Below, one piece after another: positions 1-11,490 of a stretch of 64,000 nt of DNA; position 1 is the stretch's first letter, and each line of letters begins with the position of its first letter. The stretch spans positions 1,984,001 to 2,048,000 of the forward strand of contig OZ037770.1 in the NCBI GenBank assembly GCA_964035545.1. Reading direction: 5' to 3'. This stretch comes from Bugula neritina. Its lineage: Eukaryota; Animalia; Bryozoa. The notes beneath the pieces are model-generated. The model was not told the DNA's origin and searched no databases. It saw nothing but the letters and a program-made list of their open reading frames with translations. The position numbers and the translations under genes are program-made.

Positions 1-1
1 T

Positions 2-400
2 GCTCTGACTGAGGGGGAAGCTTACCTCCTAGCTAACCAAATGCATAAAAGTCGCGGAAGCTCCCGCCAAGTGGAGATAGACCGCGCAGACACGGCCGCG
101 GGACAAGGGGAGGAAACCCCCGCCGCGGCTGCCGTGTCCCAGTTGGCGACGGCATCAAAAGTCACTCAACTGACGGACATGCTAGCCAAGCTGATAGCAA
201 CACTGACACCACAAAACCCAGTGAGTACCGCCCCTGAGCCCATGCGGCCATCGGCGCCGCCACAGGGAGAAACAGTCAGTTTTTGCTGGGAGTGCGGAAA
301 TCAAGGACATTTCCGCCGATATTGTCCCTTCCTAAATCAGGGGTTAAACTACCGCGGCCCGCAGATGTTCCCACCTTCCGCGGGCCGACGAAACCTCTAG
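2..400 (+). CDS. gag: Gag C-terminus (partial) with CCHC zinc knuckle
   Basis: Frame open from window start; CWECGNQGHFRRYC = CX2CX4HX4C. Confidence 0.9.
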   Translation, partial: ALTEGEAYLLANQMHKSRGSSRQVEIDRADTAAGQGEETPAAAAVSQLATASKVTQLTDMLAKLIATLTPQNPVSTAPEPMRPSAPPQGETVSFCWECGNQGHFRRYCPFLNQGLNYRGPQMFPPSAGRRNL

Positions 401-3400
401 GGAAGAAGAAACGCAGGTCACCCAGACGGGTACCGCGTACTGGCAACCAACAGTGGCAACAGCCACGACGGACCAGCAAGGGGCTTCGCCCCGCGGCTGC
501 CTTTTCTATGCCCCTTCACAACAGATTCACAGGGCTACAAGTCCAAGAATCTGGATGGGAGCACACAAAGGTAGCTGAGAATCTAGCCTCGGCACCCCCG
601 AGGCCTGCCTATCACCGCCCCAAGAAACCTCCTTCGCGACCCAAAGCGAGGGGGGTACTCCCTGCGAGAGTAAGGCCTGAAGGGAGAGTTCAGGTGCAGC
701 CCCATGGGAACAGCTATTTCTTGCCCGGCAAACTGGAAGGCAAAGCTGTTACTTTTCTCATTGATTCGGGCTGTACCACAAACCTCTTAAGCCGCCAACT
801 CTTCGACACCCTCAGTGCTAGGGTCAGGGGCGAGATGGAAGCATACGAAGGGGAATACGGCACCCTAGCTGACGGGTCATGCCTTCCCTTCTATGGTATA
901 ATTGAGCTGACGGGACGAGTCCGTGATCAAACGATCCAAGAGACGTTTATCGTCAGTCAGCTCAAGGAGGATGCTATCCTCGGGATGCCGTTCCTTAAAC
1001 GGCACGGATGTCACATAGATTTTAGCAGATCTGCAATGATGATGTCCGGGCGGGAACTCGCCTGCGTCGACAAGTTTGGCTGCCCTTTAGTGGGAGGTGT
1101 GCAAGTGGTACGCAACCGTACCATACCAGGCCGCTCCCGGGCTACCATTCACTGCAGGGTGAATAGTAGCCGGATCTCTGGACTCGGGGTGGTTGAAGGC
1201 GCGCACGAAAAGATCCAACTTGCCAGCAGTCTGAATCAGCTGACTGAGCAAGGGGAGATCTTAGTGCAGTGCGTCAACCCCTTTACCGAGCCTATCAAGC
1301 TCCCGGCTGGGTCGATGCTGGGCCGTTTTCACTCTGTTCAAGAGGGAGACGTAGGCCCGTCGCTGGGTGATGCGACAGAGGCACTCCCTCGACACCCTAT
1401 TCAGGGACGAGGGGCAGTCCCAACACATCTCCGGGAGTTATACGAAACAGCCAGTGGCGGCTGCGCGAGTAACAAAGAACGCCAAGCTATGGCCAAGTTA
1501 CTACGCGACTACGGTGATGTGTTCAGCAGCGGAGAGAATGACGTGGGACTGACTGGAATTGTCAGCCACGAAATACCGCTGACTGCAGGGACAGTCCCTG
1601 TCCGGCAGCCCACACGCAGGCTGGGGCCGGAGAAAGAGAAGGAGGTTAGCCGACAAGTACGGGATCTTCTGGACCGGGGACTGATAGAGCCCGCCCATAG
1701 TGCGTGGAGCTCGCCAGTCGTACTGGTCCGGAAGAAAGACGGCAGTTGGCGGTTCTGTGTGGACTACCGCAAACTCAATAGCGTAACCATACAGGACGCC
1801 TACCCTCTACCTCGTATTGACGAGTCATTGGACGCCCTAGCCGGCAGCAAGTACTTCAGTACGTTAGACTTGCTAAGCGGCTATTGGCAGGTTCCTCTGA
1901 GTCCCGACGCCCAAGAGAAAGCGGCGTTTATCACACGGGACGGTTTGTGGAAGTGGAAGGTGCTGCCCTTCGGGTTAACCTCCGCCCCAGCCACCTTCCA
2001 GAGGCTGATGGAACAAGTCCTTAGCGGACTCCATTGGAAGACACTGCTGGTCTACCTCGATGATGTCATCGTAATCTCTCCAGACTTCGAGACACATGTC
2101 AGTCGTCTGCAGGAGGTTTTCGAGAGACTCCGAGGTGCCGGTCTTAAGCTCAAACCTTCCAAGTGCGCTCTGTTGCAGCCGGAGGTCAAGTACCTGGGGC
2201 ACGTTGTCGGTCGAAATGGCGTGGCAACGGATCCCGAGAAGGTACGGGCAGTAGAAGACTGGGTCAACCCCCAAGACTTGACCGGACTCCGGGCTTTCTT
2301 GGGGCTGGTAGGATATTACAGGCAATACATACCAGACTTTGCGGGCATAGCCCAGCCGTTAAACCGGCTTACCGCAAAGGGAGTGACGTGGCAGTGGACT
2401 CCAGTCGAACAAGAAGCGTTCGACCGCCTCAAGGGCTGCCTCCTAACGGCGCCCATCTTGGCCTACCCAGACCCCACTCTGGAGTACATCCTAGACACGG
2501 ACGCCAGTGACCAGAATGTTGGCGCTGTGCTGTCACAAGTGCAGGAAGGCCGAGAAGTAGTAGTAGCCTACTACAGCAAGTCTCTCTCTCCCGCTGAACG
2601 AAATTACTGCACTACCCGCAAGGAACTGCTGGCAGTAATCAAGTCAGTGAAGCACTTCAGACCATACCTATATGGCAGGAAGTTCCGGCTGCGTACGGAT
2701 CATGCCTCGCTGATCTGGTTGTGCAGGAGAGCAGAGCCCTCTAGTCAGGTCGCCCGGTGGCTCGAAATCCTAGCTGAATTCTCGTACCGGATCGAACATC
2801 GACCGGGCAAGAGACACAGCAATGCAGATGGGTTGAGTCGCCGACCTGACGGAGGTTGCAAACAGTGTCTCAACATCGAGAGGAGGGATGGAGGTCCCCC
2901 ACGATGCGAGTTGGAGACGCTGGCTCATCACGGAGCACCGTTTGACTGGGATCAAGGTCAACTCAGGCAGAGAGTTGATGAATCCCCGGAGGATGTACAA
3001 AACCTCCGCGCCAACCCTGTACTGGCCGGTAATGTTCGAGAGCTGAAGAAGCTCCAAGAAGAGCTGCCTGGAGTCGTGGCAGACATATACCGGGCCAAAA
3101 GGGAAGGGCGACGACCCAGCGAGGAACGCATACGACAGGGATGCGCCGAGTTCAGGCTATACTGTCAGCGTTGGGACTCGCTGCGGATCGGGCAGGATGG
3201 GTTGCTAACCATCTCTCTAGCTGCCAGCGGTAGACACCCGGGAAGGAAGAGGGTAGTCTGCCCCACAGCCATCCGCCGTGAGTTGATTTGGGATACTCAC
3301 AAGCAGGCCCACGCAGGGGTCAAGCGAGTGATGTCCAAATTACGACTCCGGTGGTATTGGCCGCAGATGGAGCGTGACGTCCGACTCAGAGTCAAACAGT

Positions 3401-4911
3401 GTGAGATCTGCCAGGCCAGTAAGCATAGCCGCCCCCCTGGTGAAGCAGGACGGCGGAGGCTATATGCTGGTAGGCCCTGGCAAGTAGTCGCTGTAGACCT
3501 GGTCGGACCCATGCCCCTGACCCCCAGAGGCAATAATTGGATCCTAGTACTAACCGACCACTTTACTAGGTGGGCGGATGCTCTGGCTATCCCAGATGCA
3601 TCAGCCCCAACAGTGGCCAGGGCACTAGACCAACATGTATTCTGTTATTTTGGGCTTCCCGAACAGATACACTCTGATCAAGGCGCTCAATTCCAGTCTC
3701 AACTGATGAGCGACCTTTGCCACCTCTGGGGAGTAAATCAGAGCAGGACCACCCCCTACCACCCTCAAGGTAACGGGGTGGTGGAGCGCAACAACCGGAT
3801 GCTAGGTGATGCGCTCCGGAGTCTTCTCCTTGGACGAGGTCAAGAGGAATGGGATACGGTGTTGCCGCAAGTCATGCGTGCATATCGTAGCACCCCACAC
3901 ACCAGTACTGGTGAGACCCCAAACCTCTTGATGCTCGGGAGAGAGACTCGTGTCCCCGACCATCTCACCTATCACGTTCCAGAGCAAGATAACTCGGTTC
4001 ACGAGTATGCCAGTGAACTAGTGGAACGGATGAAGGCCGCACACGATATACTGCGTCAACAGCAGTGGAAGGTGCGGCACGAAGATTCCGATGAACTCCC
4101 TCTCTATCAAAGGGGAGATAAGGTGTGGATGGTCAATTACCGTAGGCGCCGCGGACAGGCTGATACGCTGAAGCCTAGGTTCGTAGGCCCCTACGTGGTC
4201 GTCGAGGCTATGCCCAATCATACGTACAAGATTGAGCGCTCAGGACAGGTGTCTATCCAGAATGAGTCTCGCTTGAAACCGTATTGGGCTAGCCCCGGCG
4301 GAGTGGGAGAAGCCCCCCCGTTGTTAGAGCCCAGAAGGCAGACAACAACGCGCGGGCGACGGCGGCATGGACCTGAATACGAAGTGGTCATACCGCGGGA
4401 AGAAAACTTGGTGAGAGAGGAGCGACAGCTTCTGCCAACAGAAGCATGTCCGCCACCGCCAAGTCTGATTCCATCACTTCCAGAAACCGAGCCGGTTCCG
4501 GAAGTGCAAACCCCCACGGAGGGAGGGGCTCCATCCGGAGAACAGGAAGAGGTGACTGCTGACGGTGAAGTAGAGACGCCATTAGAGGCCCCTACTAACG
4601 AACCGGCAAGCGTGTCACCCCCCCTAGAAAGGGGACAGCGTACGAGGCAACCCCCCGCATACTTGAAGGACTTCGTATGTGACTGCGTTAAAAGCGGCAC
4701 ACATGAAAGTCTAGGGGAAAACCGTACGAGAAAAGAATCGAGCAAATGTGGGAGTTGTCAACACCACGGAAATATCAACTTTTACATCGGCGGAAATAGA
4801 AATAAAATTCATCCGCCGGGTGCGCAAAGTCTTAATCACGCACCCCAACCACGTTGCTCGATCTTTTCATACGCTGATGCAGTCAGGAGTAGACGTGTTT
4901 CTAAGCAGTAG
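283..4911 (+). CDS. pol: Pol polyprotein: protease, RT, RNase H, integrase (probably translated from ~349 by frameshift)
   Basis: FLIDSGC protease; LPFGL...YLDD RT; DTDAS RNase H; HKQAH..CEIC zinc finger, AVDL/HSDQG/VERNN DDE, GPY motif; 1542 codons without a stop. Confidence 0.97.
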   Translation: MLGVRKSRTFPPILSLPKSGVKLPRPADVPTFRGPTKPLGKKKRRSPRRVPRTGNQQWQQPRRTSKGLRPAAAFSMPLHNRFTGLQVQESGWEHTKVAENLASAPPRPAYHRPKKPPSRPKARGVLPARVRPEGRVQVQPHGNSYFLPGKLEGKAVTFLIDSGCTTNLLSRQLFDTLSARVRGEMEAYEGEYGTLADGSCLPFYGIIELTGRVRDQTIQETFIVSQLKEDAILGMPFLKRHGCHIDFSRSAMMMSGRELACVDKFGCPLVGGVQVVRNRTIPGRSRATIHCRVNSSRISGLGVVEGAHEKIQLASSLNQLTEQGEILVQCVNPFTEPIKLPAGSMLGRFHSVQEGDVGPSLGDATEALPRHPIQGRGAVPTHLRELYETASGGCASNKERQAMAKLLRDYGDVFSSGENDVGLTGIVSHEIPLTAGTVPVRQPTRRLGPEKEKEVSRQVRDLLDRGLIEPAHSAWSSPVVLVRKKDGSWRFCVDYRKLNSVTIQDAYPLPRIDESLDALAGSKYFSTLDLLSGYWQVPLSPDAQEKAAFITRDGLWKWKVLPFGLTSAPATFQRLMEQVLSGLHWKTLLVYLDDVIVISPDFETHVSRLQEVFERLRGAGLKLKPSKCALLQPEVKYLGHVVGRNGVATDPEKVRAVEDWVNPQDLTGLRAFLGLVGYYRQYIPDFAGIAQPLNRLTAKGVTWQWTPVEQEAFDRLKGCLLTAPILAYPDPTLEYILDTDASDQNVGAVLSQVQEGREVVVAYYSKSLSPAERNYCTTRKELLAVIKSVKHFRPYLYGRKFRLRTDHASLIWLCRRAEPSSQVARWLEILAEFSYRIEHRPGKRHSNADGLSRRPDGGCKQCLNIERRDGGPPRCELETLAHHGAPFDWDQGQLRQRVDESPEDVQNLRANPVLAGNVRELKKLQEELPGVVADIYRAKREGRRPSEERIRQGCAEFRLYCQRWDSLRIGQDGLLTISLAASGRHPGRKRVVCPTAIRRELIWDTHKQAHAGVKRVMSKLRLRWYWPQMERDVRLRVKQCEICQASKHSRPPGEAGRRRLYAGRPWQVVAVDLVGPMPLTPRGNNWILVLTDHFTRWADALAIPDASAPTVARALDQHVFCYFGLPEQIHSDQGAQFQSQLMSDLCHLWGVNQSRTTPYHPQGNGVVERNNRMLGDALRSLLLGRGQEEWDTVLPQVMRAYRSTPHTSTGETPNLLMLGRETRVPDHLTYHVPEQDNSVHEYASELVERMKAAHDILRQQQWKVRHEDSDELPLYQRGDKVWMVNYRRRRGQADTLKPRFVGPYVVVEAMPNHTYKIERSGQVSIQNESRLKPYWASPGGVGEAPPLLEPRRQTTTRGRRRHGPEYEVVIPREENLVREERQLLPTEACPPPPSLIPSLPETEPVPEVQTPTEGGAPSGEQEEVTADGEVETPLEAPTNEPASVSPPLERGQRTRQPPAYLKDFVCDCVKSGTHESLGENRTRKESSKCGSCQHHGNINFYIGGNRNKIHPPGAQSLNHAPQPRCSIFSYADAVRSRRVSKQ
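343..404 (+). promoter_or_regulatory. -1 ribosomal frameshift signal (G_TTA_AAC plus stem/pseudoknot)
   Basis: Heptamer 343-349 in gag phase, 5-nt spacer, stem CGGCCCGC(355-362)/GCGGGCCG(380-387); loop TTCCC(368-372) complementary to GGGAA(400-404); pol is in the -1 frame. Confidence 0.75.
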
Positions 4912-5224
4912 TTCAAACCATTTCACATATTCAGTATGTCTTACGACAACAGATCGTGGGGTGAGTTAACTATATCTTAATACGAAACTAGATTGCATCG
5001 CTCAGCTCTGACTCACTGAGTCAATCGAGCTGGAGATAGGTTAGTGAAATACCGTAGTAAGAACTCAGTTTGACTTAGAGATTTTTATAATCTCATTGCA
5101 ATACGGTTCTATCTGACTATTCACTATCATTAATCTCTACGAGGTAACTGAATTAGGAGTTGCCAAGCTGTTCAAGCTGACAACACGGCAGTGTACTGTA
5201 CTAACACTGTTGAAACTTTTTCAG

Positions 5225-6012
5225 ATCACACTCGACCCGCTACAACCAGGGTACGGGATAGAACACCTCCCGCTCCGTATCCGGAGGACCAGGCTAGTGG
5301 TGACCGGCCTGAGCCACTACGCCGCCGTTGGCGGTGGGTGTCTCCACAAACCGAAGAAGAAATAGAAACAGCCTGGGGGTCCAGAGGACGGACGAGATGC
5401 CAGATCTGTGGTAAAGATTGCGCCTCCCACCGCTCCCTTAAACTACACGTCAATGCTCACCTCCTACTGACCTTCTGCCCCTGCGGGTACAATGATGTGT
5501 ATCCCTACCCCGTCACCAAACACAGAGCGGCGGGCTGTTTCCCTGGAGAAAACTATGTGGTCGACGCTAAGCTGTACCCGGAGTTCCTCAAATATATACG
5601 ACCTCTGGTAAAGAAGGCCATGCTATTAGCCGTTCTATCCTCGGGGTTCCAACGTGTGTTAGACAACGCCCGCCAACAATCCCCGTTGGTGTCTGACCGC
5701 CCTCAAATTACATACACCCCCGAGGAAACTACATATCCAGAAGAAGGAGAGATCTCCCCTACCCCGGCGAAGAGACGGACCAGGTCCCCCAGTCCACCCT
5801 TACGCCGCAGACGGACACCGTCCCCCAACCCGGTACGACTAGCCACAGTAGAAGAACGCCTCCTACGATTACAAGAAGAGTTCACCCAGCTGGCACCAGA
5901 CCTACTTAACACTACCACAGGACTCTTCCAGCTCAAGGGATCCGTATGCCGTATGAAACGGAAACTGCGTACATGCCAAGCCAAACACCGGCGTGCCCAA
6001 CAAGGACTCTAA
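5225..6012 (+). CDS. ORF3: accessory C2H2/C2HC zinc-finger protein with Arg/Ser-Pro tract and C-terminal coiled coil; probably the 3' exon of a spliced mRNA
   Basis: CQICGKDCASHRSLKLHVNAH; CPC..H....C; RRTRSPSPPLRRRRTPSP; no ATG near the 5' end; branch point TACTAAC 5199-5205 and acceptor TTTTTCAG 5217-5224. Confidence 0.75.
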
Positions 6013-6282
6013 TATGCTACCCAGAATACTCCACAGGAACCAAACTCGTGTAAATGCTTAACTGCTAGACAGGTTAATCCTTGTCTACTACCACAGCTAG
6101 CTAGTATTCCTCGTCTATCTATAGCTGGCCAATTGTATGTAACGGATCGTTACCGTGACTCTGTCTACTATTATGTCTCTTCCTGTATATTATGTATTAT
6201 TTTTGTCCACTGATGTATGCAATTACTATTGAATGTTTTTTTTATATATATCAGAAAGATAGCTTTCTGCTGGTGGGGGCGG

Positions 6283-6589
6283 TGTGGTGGTTCGTGGAAC
6301 TACCAGCAGCACAACATGTAGGGTCGCGTAATTGACCCGGAACAATGGATAGCCAATTAGCGTAGTTGATAGTTAGCAGCAATTTTAGTTTCCCGCTGCT
6401 AACTCAGTCGAAGCTAGAGTGTGAAATAGATTAGATGTGTAACTTGTTTGAAATAATGTATCGTGTTTTTTAGAATGTATAGTTGTGTATAAAATATACT
6501 CGTTCACTCGACTTAGCCTGGTGCAGTTCTATAATAGATAAATAGACTCTCTGGATAGCACATCAACCCTAAATCTGACAATTATAACA
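6283..6589 (+). repeat. 3' LTR of the Gypsy element (right boundary inferred)
   Basis: Starts TGTGG right after the PPT; ends ...ATTATAACA; no 5' LTR in the window to confirm. Confidence 0.65.
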
Positions 6590-8718
6590 GTATGATAATC
6601 ATCTGCTACTTGACTATTTCGGAGAAGTGGTACTAGTAAACGACTACATACATCGGCCTTTAAAATCGCATAAGTTCTAGTTTAAAAAAATAGATAAGGC
6701 AACTCTCAATTTGACTGGTGCACAAAAAAAATATTATGATGTATAGTTTCCTACAAATTTTGATAGACCCCTTCCATATTATATCCAAATGACAACATTT
6801 TTAAATAAATTACTTGAAAACAGATTAAATAACACAAAATGATAAACTCAAATAATGAGTAATTGAATGACAGTAGCACTAATTATAATTCAAATCTTTT
6901 AACCTGTAATTAGGATAGCTAATTTATAGTTCACATCAGCTTTTAAAACAAGGCATTGATCTACCGTCAGCATCAAGTAATCATATTACAATCAGCACCA
7001 CTACAACTACTACCCTATATAACCACTATTACCACCACTATTACCACCACTACCACCATTACCAGTACCACCTATAGCAACCGTCCCTAAACATGGAGCA
7101 AACAATCCATTTGCATGATGCTTGAGGAAGTGGTGATAGTGCCCATATTTGTTTTGTTTCCAAGATTTTGATTTTTTAAGTATTGCTTGTCATATATTAC
7201 ATTGTAGAAAAAATTATTTAAATTTATGCAGCAGTATAACTGTTTTGCTTAAGCTTAAAAGAAAGCGCTCATATTTTTATTGTAATCCTTATTACAGTAT
7301 TATTATAATCATAATTTGTAGGTAGTCATATTTGTTATGCATTTTATTGTTACAGAAACAAAATGTATGTGGAATTGTTTGCCCACTTTGACAATAGAGC
7401 TGCAACTGTGCCACTTGCAAGCAACTGTTATAAATTGCACTTGGCGGACGCTATACTGTGAATTACAACAGTAAAGGATGTCATACTTCATATATAAAAC
7501 ATATACTGAATTTATTAGCGTTCATTCAACTGTATTATAAAATTATATTTTACAACAAATTAGTTTTTTAGGCAAAAAGTAATACATTTGAAAAACAAAC
7601 AAAATCATTACATTCATATAAAACACACCTAATTATATATTACTCACACCTGATTATAGTTCAAATGCACACTAGAACAGTTGAAATAAGTCACACTTGA
7701 GATATAATTGCAACACACAATATAATAATTATAATACGCTCACTTGGCTACCACATATCCTACTATCCAATTTGTAATACAATACCAAATTGTTTTAAAC
7801 AGTCGTCGAGCATTGTTGAAAAGTTGCTATACTAACTACTCAATATGCATATAATAAACTGGCCATAAGAGTCCTCTCTATACAGTTATTACTAAAACTC
7901 CTACCCAAAAAACTTGAGAAAATTTAAAAATCTGGAGTAACTTACTAGAAGTCTGTAAATAAAACTAAATGCATACTTTAGAATATATCTGAGTCCTAAA
8001 AAGGGCATGGCATGAGATCTAAACAAATTTTGAATCTAGTAAATGTTGGTTGATGCTGGACAAATAGGTATGATTTCGGATTTCAAGATAATTTCTATAC
8101 CAAGGTCACCCAAAATACGCTTCTTCTAACAAAAACGACACAACAAAATTGTGCGAAAAGAAGATGAAATCCTGCTCTTTACCAACATCGTTTTTAATTA
8201 AAAAAACACAGACATGTATCTCACAAAGTTGCCATTATCCCTGCGCTCTATTACTTTATGGGGAAAAAATGTGTCTCCTTCATCATATCATCAGAATTGA
8301 CACATCCACTTTTAGTAGTAACTTCCGGGAGGAAATATATCCCTGAGAATCACAACATTGATGACAGGAGCTTCTTTGAGTAGCTATACATGCAGAGAGT
8401 ATTATAGTTGTCATTACTCAAAGTCACTATATTGCTTTGCAGCCCATCTTAACAGTGAATTTACTTTCCTATGTTTCAATACTTTTATATCTTTGTGAGA
8501 ACTTTATATATAATTGTTATATAGGCTTGTGTTGAATTTCATTTTCTTTCAACTTTGTTCAATCAAACACCTAAAATATACTGCATTTGCATTATGTTAG
8601 CTTATGCTTATTTTTGCAAGATGCTAGCTTACTGGAATGTACTCGTTTTCATTTTATAAAGTACATGCTTTGTAGATCTAGAATATAAAAATATTCAAAA
8701 GTTGAACTCAGTTAATAC

Positions 8719-8800
8719 AGTTCAATAGGTCATCAGTAAAGTTCAATAGGTCATCAGTAAAGTTCAATAGGTCATCAGTAAAGTTCAATAGGTCATCGGT
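8719..8800. repeat. 21-bp tandem repeat, about 4 copies
   Basis: AGTTCAATAGGTCATCAGTAA repeated. Confidence 0.9.
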
Positions 8801-9422
8801 ACCATCTGAAAAAGTTGTTTCAATTAAAACAGAAAATAAGCAAAGTTAAAAATAGCCGAATTTCTGCAAGCTTGATAATAATAGAACATAAATAGACTGA
8901 GGGGCATAGCAGCTCTAGACTCACATTGGGTGCTACCAGTCGCCATAAGTAAATTACGATGTAAGAAGTTAGAGAACTCAGACTAGAAAGTATAGTACTC
9001 AAGCTTCCTATATACTTTACTCTTTATAGTAAAATATTGAACTTAGTTTTGTTGCGTTTTAATTTGCTTTTATATATATTTGTGAACATTTTTCACTCAG
9101 GATTATAATAATATAGGCTAGTTTAAAACTTTAATTGTTTTTCAACTTCAATCTATTATACATCAAAAGCTGCATTATTTACATTGTGTTGGCTAAGTTT
9201 TATTTATTTTGATTATAATTTTGTTTTCTTACTTGTGATTATTGCATATAACCCACACATTGTTATCTACTACTACTTTACTACTACTACTACTACAACT
9301 ATTACTCTGTATTAAGAGTTATTTTTAAACAATGAAAATTCAACAATGAGCTGAAAATAAGAGTGATGTAATAACTTAATGTAGAGAATTCCAAAGTACA
9401 AATTAGCTACTCAGACTTCAAA

Positions 9423-9553
9423 ATGGCTGTACTTAGATTACTTATGCTCAATATATTATTTATCATGTCTTTGGAACTTTGTGAGAAAAGTTCAGCAGTG
9501 TTCAGTGATGAGCACGTCTTACTAGTTGTGTTCAGCTTTATTCTTCAGTGCAG
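9423..9553 (+). CDS. Exon 1 of a two-exon orphan gene (hydrophobic N-terminus)
   Basis: ATG 9423, MAVLRLLMLNILFIMSLELCEKSSAVFSDEHVLLVVFSFILQC, donor AG|GTAAGG; phase 2 joins in frame to 9790. Confidence 0.6.
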
Positions 9554-9789
9554 GTAAGGTTTCCTACAACTACTATATGAGCATCTTTATATATACTTAA
9601 TCACATTTTATTATTCTACCATTGCCTAAATAAGTTATTTATATACACGCACAAATAGGAAACTTAACAGATTAAAAGATATAAATAGATATACATATAC
9701 AACTGTATCATTTACGGGAAGGTATAATATAACTTATTTAAATATTGTATCACCCTTTGATAAAACGTTATGACATGTTTCCTTTTTAG

Positions 9790-10531
9790 AGTTATCTCCT
9801 CCAAAGGAAGATTCAGCCGTCCCAGAAGAATATTCAATTTAGATAACTCAACTCAAACTTTAGAAAGTTTTATCATATCTGAAGCAGAAAGTCCAAAAAA
9901 GTCACCTGACAAGAACAAATGTGCACCACAAGTACCTTATAGCAATTTGGTAGAAAAGTTAGATAATGTCAGCACTGAGATGCTAGATGAGGCAGAGGAA
10001 AAGTTAAAAGTAGCAGAGTACAAACTTGAAGAGTTGAAAAATTATATGAAACTATTTGACAACACTTGGGACAATCTATTGAACAAAGATAAAAAGATGG
10101 CGGAAGGCTTCACGGATGACTTTGGCTCCCTCGGCTCAGAAACTGCAAAGAGTAAGCTGAACTCTTGCAACTCGAAACATTCAACAGATAAAACCGATAT
10201 AAGAGGCGAGACGAGATCTACAGAAAAGAATAACAACTTAACTCCATTGGTTGACATGAAATCTGGATTTGATGAGGATTGGAAGCCGTTTGATGTTTCT
10301 CCAGGTACTTCTAGCCAGCATCAACGTCTGCCTGAAGTTTCTCGAGATGTTTGGCCACCATTAGCTTCTACCATACTTTCAGAAGACATGGAAACACATG
10401 CACATAAGCATTGGTGGAGAGTGATCAAGAAGACAACAGCAAACAGGAAAAAGATCAGCTCAAGAAAGTCAGCTAAAGGCAGAATAGTGAGACTGCTGAC
10501 TTGTTCTTCTGTACGCCCTTTGTCATCATAA
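9790..10531 (+). CDS. Exon 2 of the orphan gene (short coiled coil, Ser/Lys-rich, basic C-terminus); ~290 aa in total
   Basis: Acceptor CCTTTTTAG at 9789; long open frame in AT-rich DNA; AATAAA near 10942. Confidence 0.7.
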
Positions 10532-11110
10532 TCTTGTTCTATTCGTTACACAGCTGTGTGTGAATCTTCTGTACTCTCCTCCCACTAGCTACTGCAGTTA
10601 GTTCTAGGTCAATGTATAATCATGTGGAGCAACTGAACAAGTTATTTGTTTACTGTATAGAAACATATAACTTTAATGTTTAACTGGTATCTGTGTTAAC
10701 AATCCATATTATAACCTGTTTTATGTTTTTGTTCATAACCCTCGAGTCTTCTTTAGATATTTAACTCACTATATATTTGACATGCTGCCATTTATGTTTT
10801 GAATTATTTGAGTTGTAATTATATATATTAAATGCATTAATCTAGCACGTAATATTATTATATTCATATTATATATAATGTAAAATTGTTCTTCTTTTAA
10901 CAACCTTGCTTTAGCTTCCTTTGGTTACATTGACAATGATGAATAAAATGACTCATTATTCTTGCTTGAACATTGATTTGATGTGAGTTCTAACATGTAT
11001 ACAGATTAAATAACTATTGAACATCACTATGGTAAATTAAAACACAAATAATAAAAATGCAGTTATATAGCATCTATAATTATGCAACTATATCAATTGG
11101 CACTCTAAAG

Positions 11111-11490
11111 CATGAAGGGCTCCCCAACCGGCGGCCCCAAGGCTGAATGTCGCCCTCAGCCTACATTTATGTGACTTTCAATGTCATAACGAATAAAATT
11201 GCTTTGAACATATAAAATAACATGAATTAGAGCAAAATAAAACCACCTTTTAAATGTCTGATTTGAATGCGTGTAGCTTGCAAATTAAATATTTGGATTT
11301 CATTTTTTAATTATTCGTCAGACTTTGGAATAAAAAAAATGCACTTGAAAATTGCTGAAGCTGTGGCACCCAGCTTAATGCTAAGTTTTACAAAGTGGCC
11401 CTCAGTTATATATATAATGTAGTACTAGAATATTCCACTTTAACGTGGCCCTCATGCACTCTGAAGTAGTTGGAAATCCCCCCAAACCTG
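11111..11490. mobile_element. hAT/Charlie-like MITE
   Basis: 8-bp TSD CTCTAAAG (11103-11110, 11491-11498); degenerate TIRs GGGCTCCCCAAC / GTTGGAAATCCCC. Confidence 0.7.

Larger units (their letters stand above)
1..6589 (+). mobile_element. Ty3/Gypsy LTR retrotransposon, 5' part outside window; intact gag-pol plus extra ORF3 and 3' LTR
   Basis: Gag knuckle, pol in PR-RT-RH-INT order (Gypsy), PPT GGTGGGGGCGG at 6272-6282 followed by TG...CA LTR; GC-rich against an AT-rich host. Confidence 0.95.

Noticed and set aside
1367-4745. Short alternative-frame and antisense ORFs within pol
   Set aside because: Expected shadows of a GC-rich coding region.
5191-6012. ORF3 as envelope protein
   Set aside because: No signal peptide or TM helix; zinc-finger and basic content instead.
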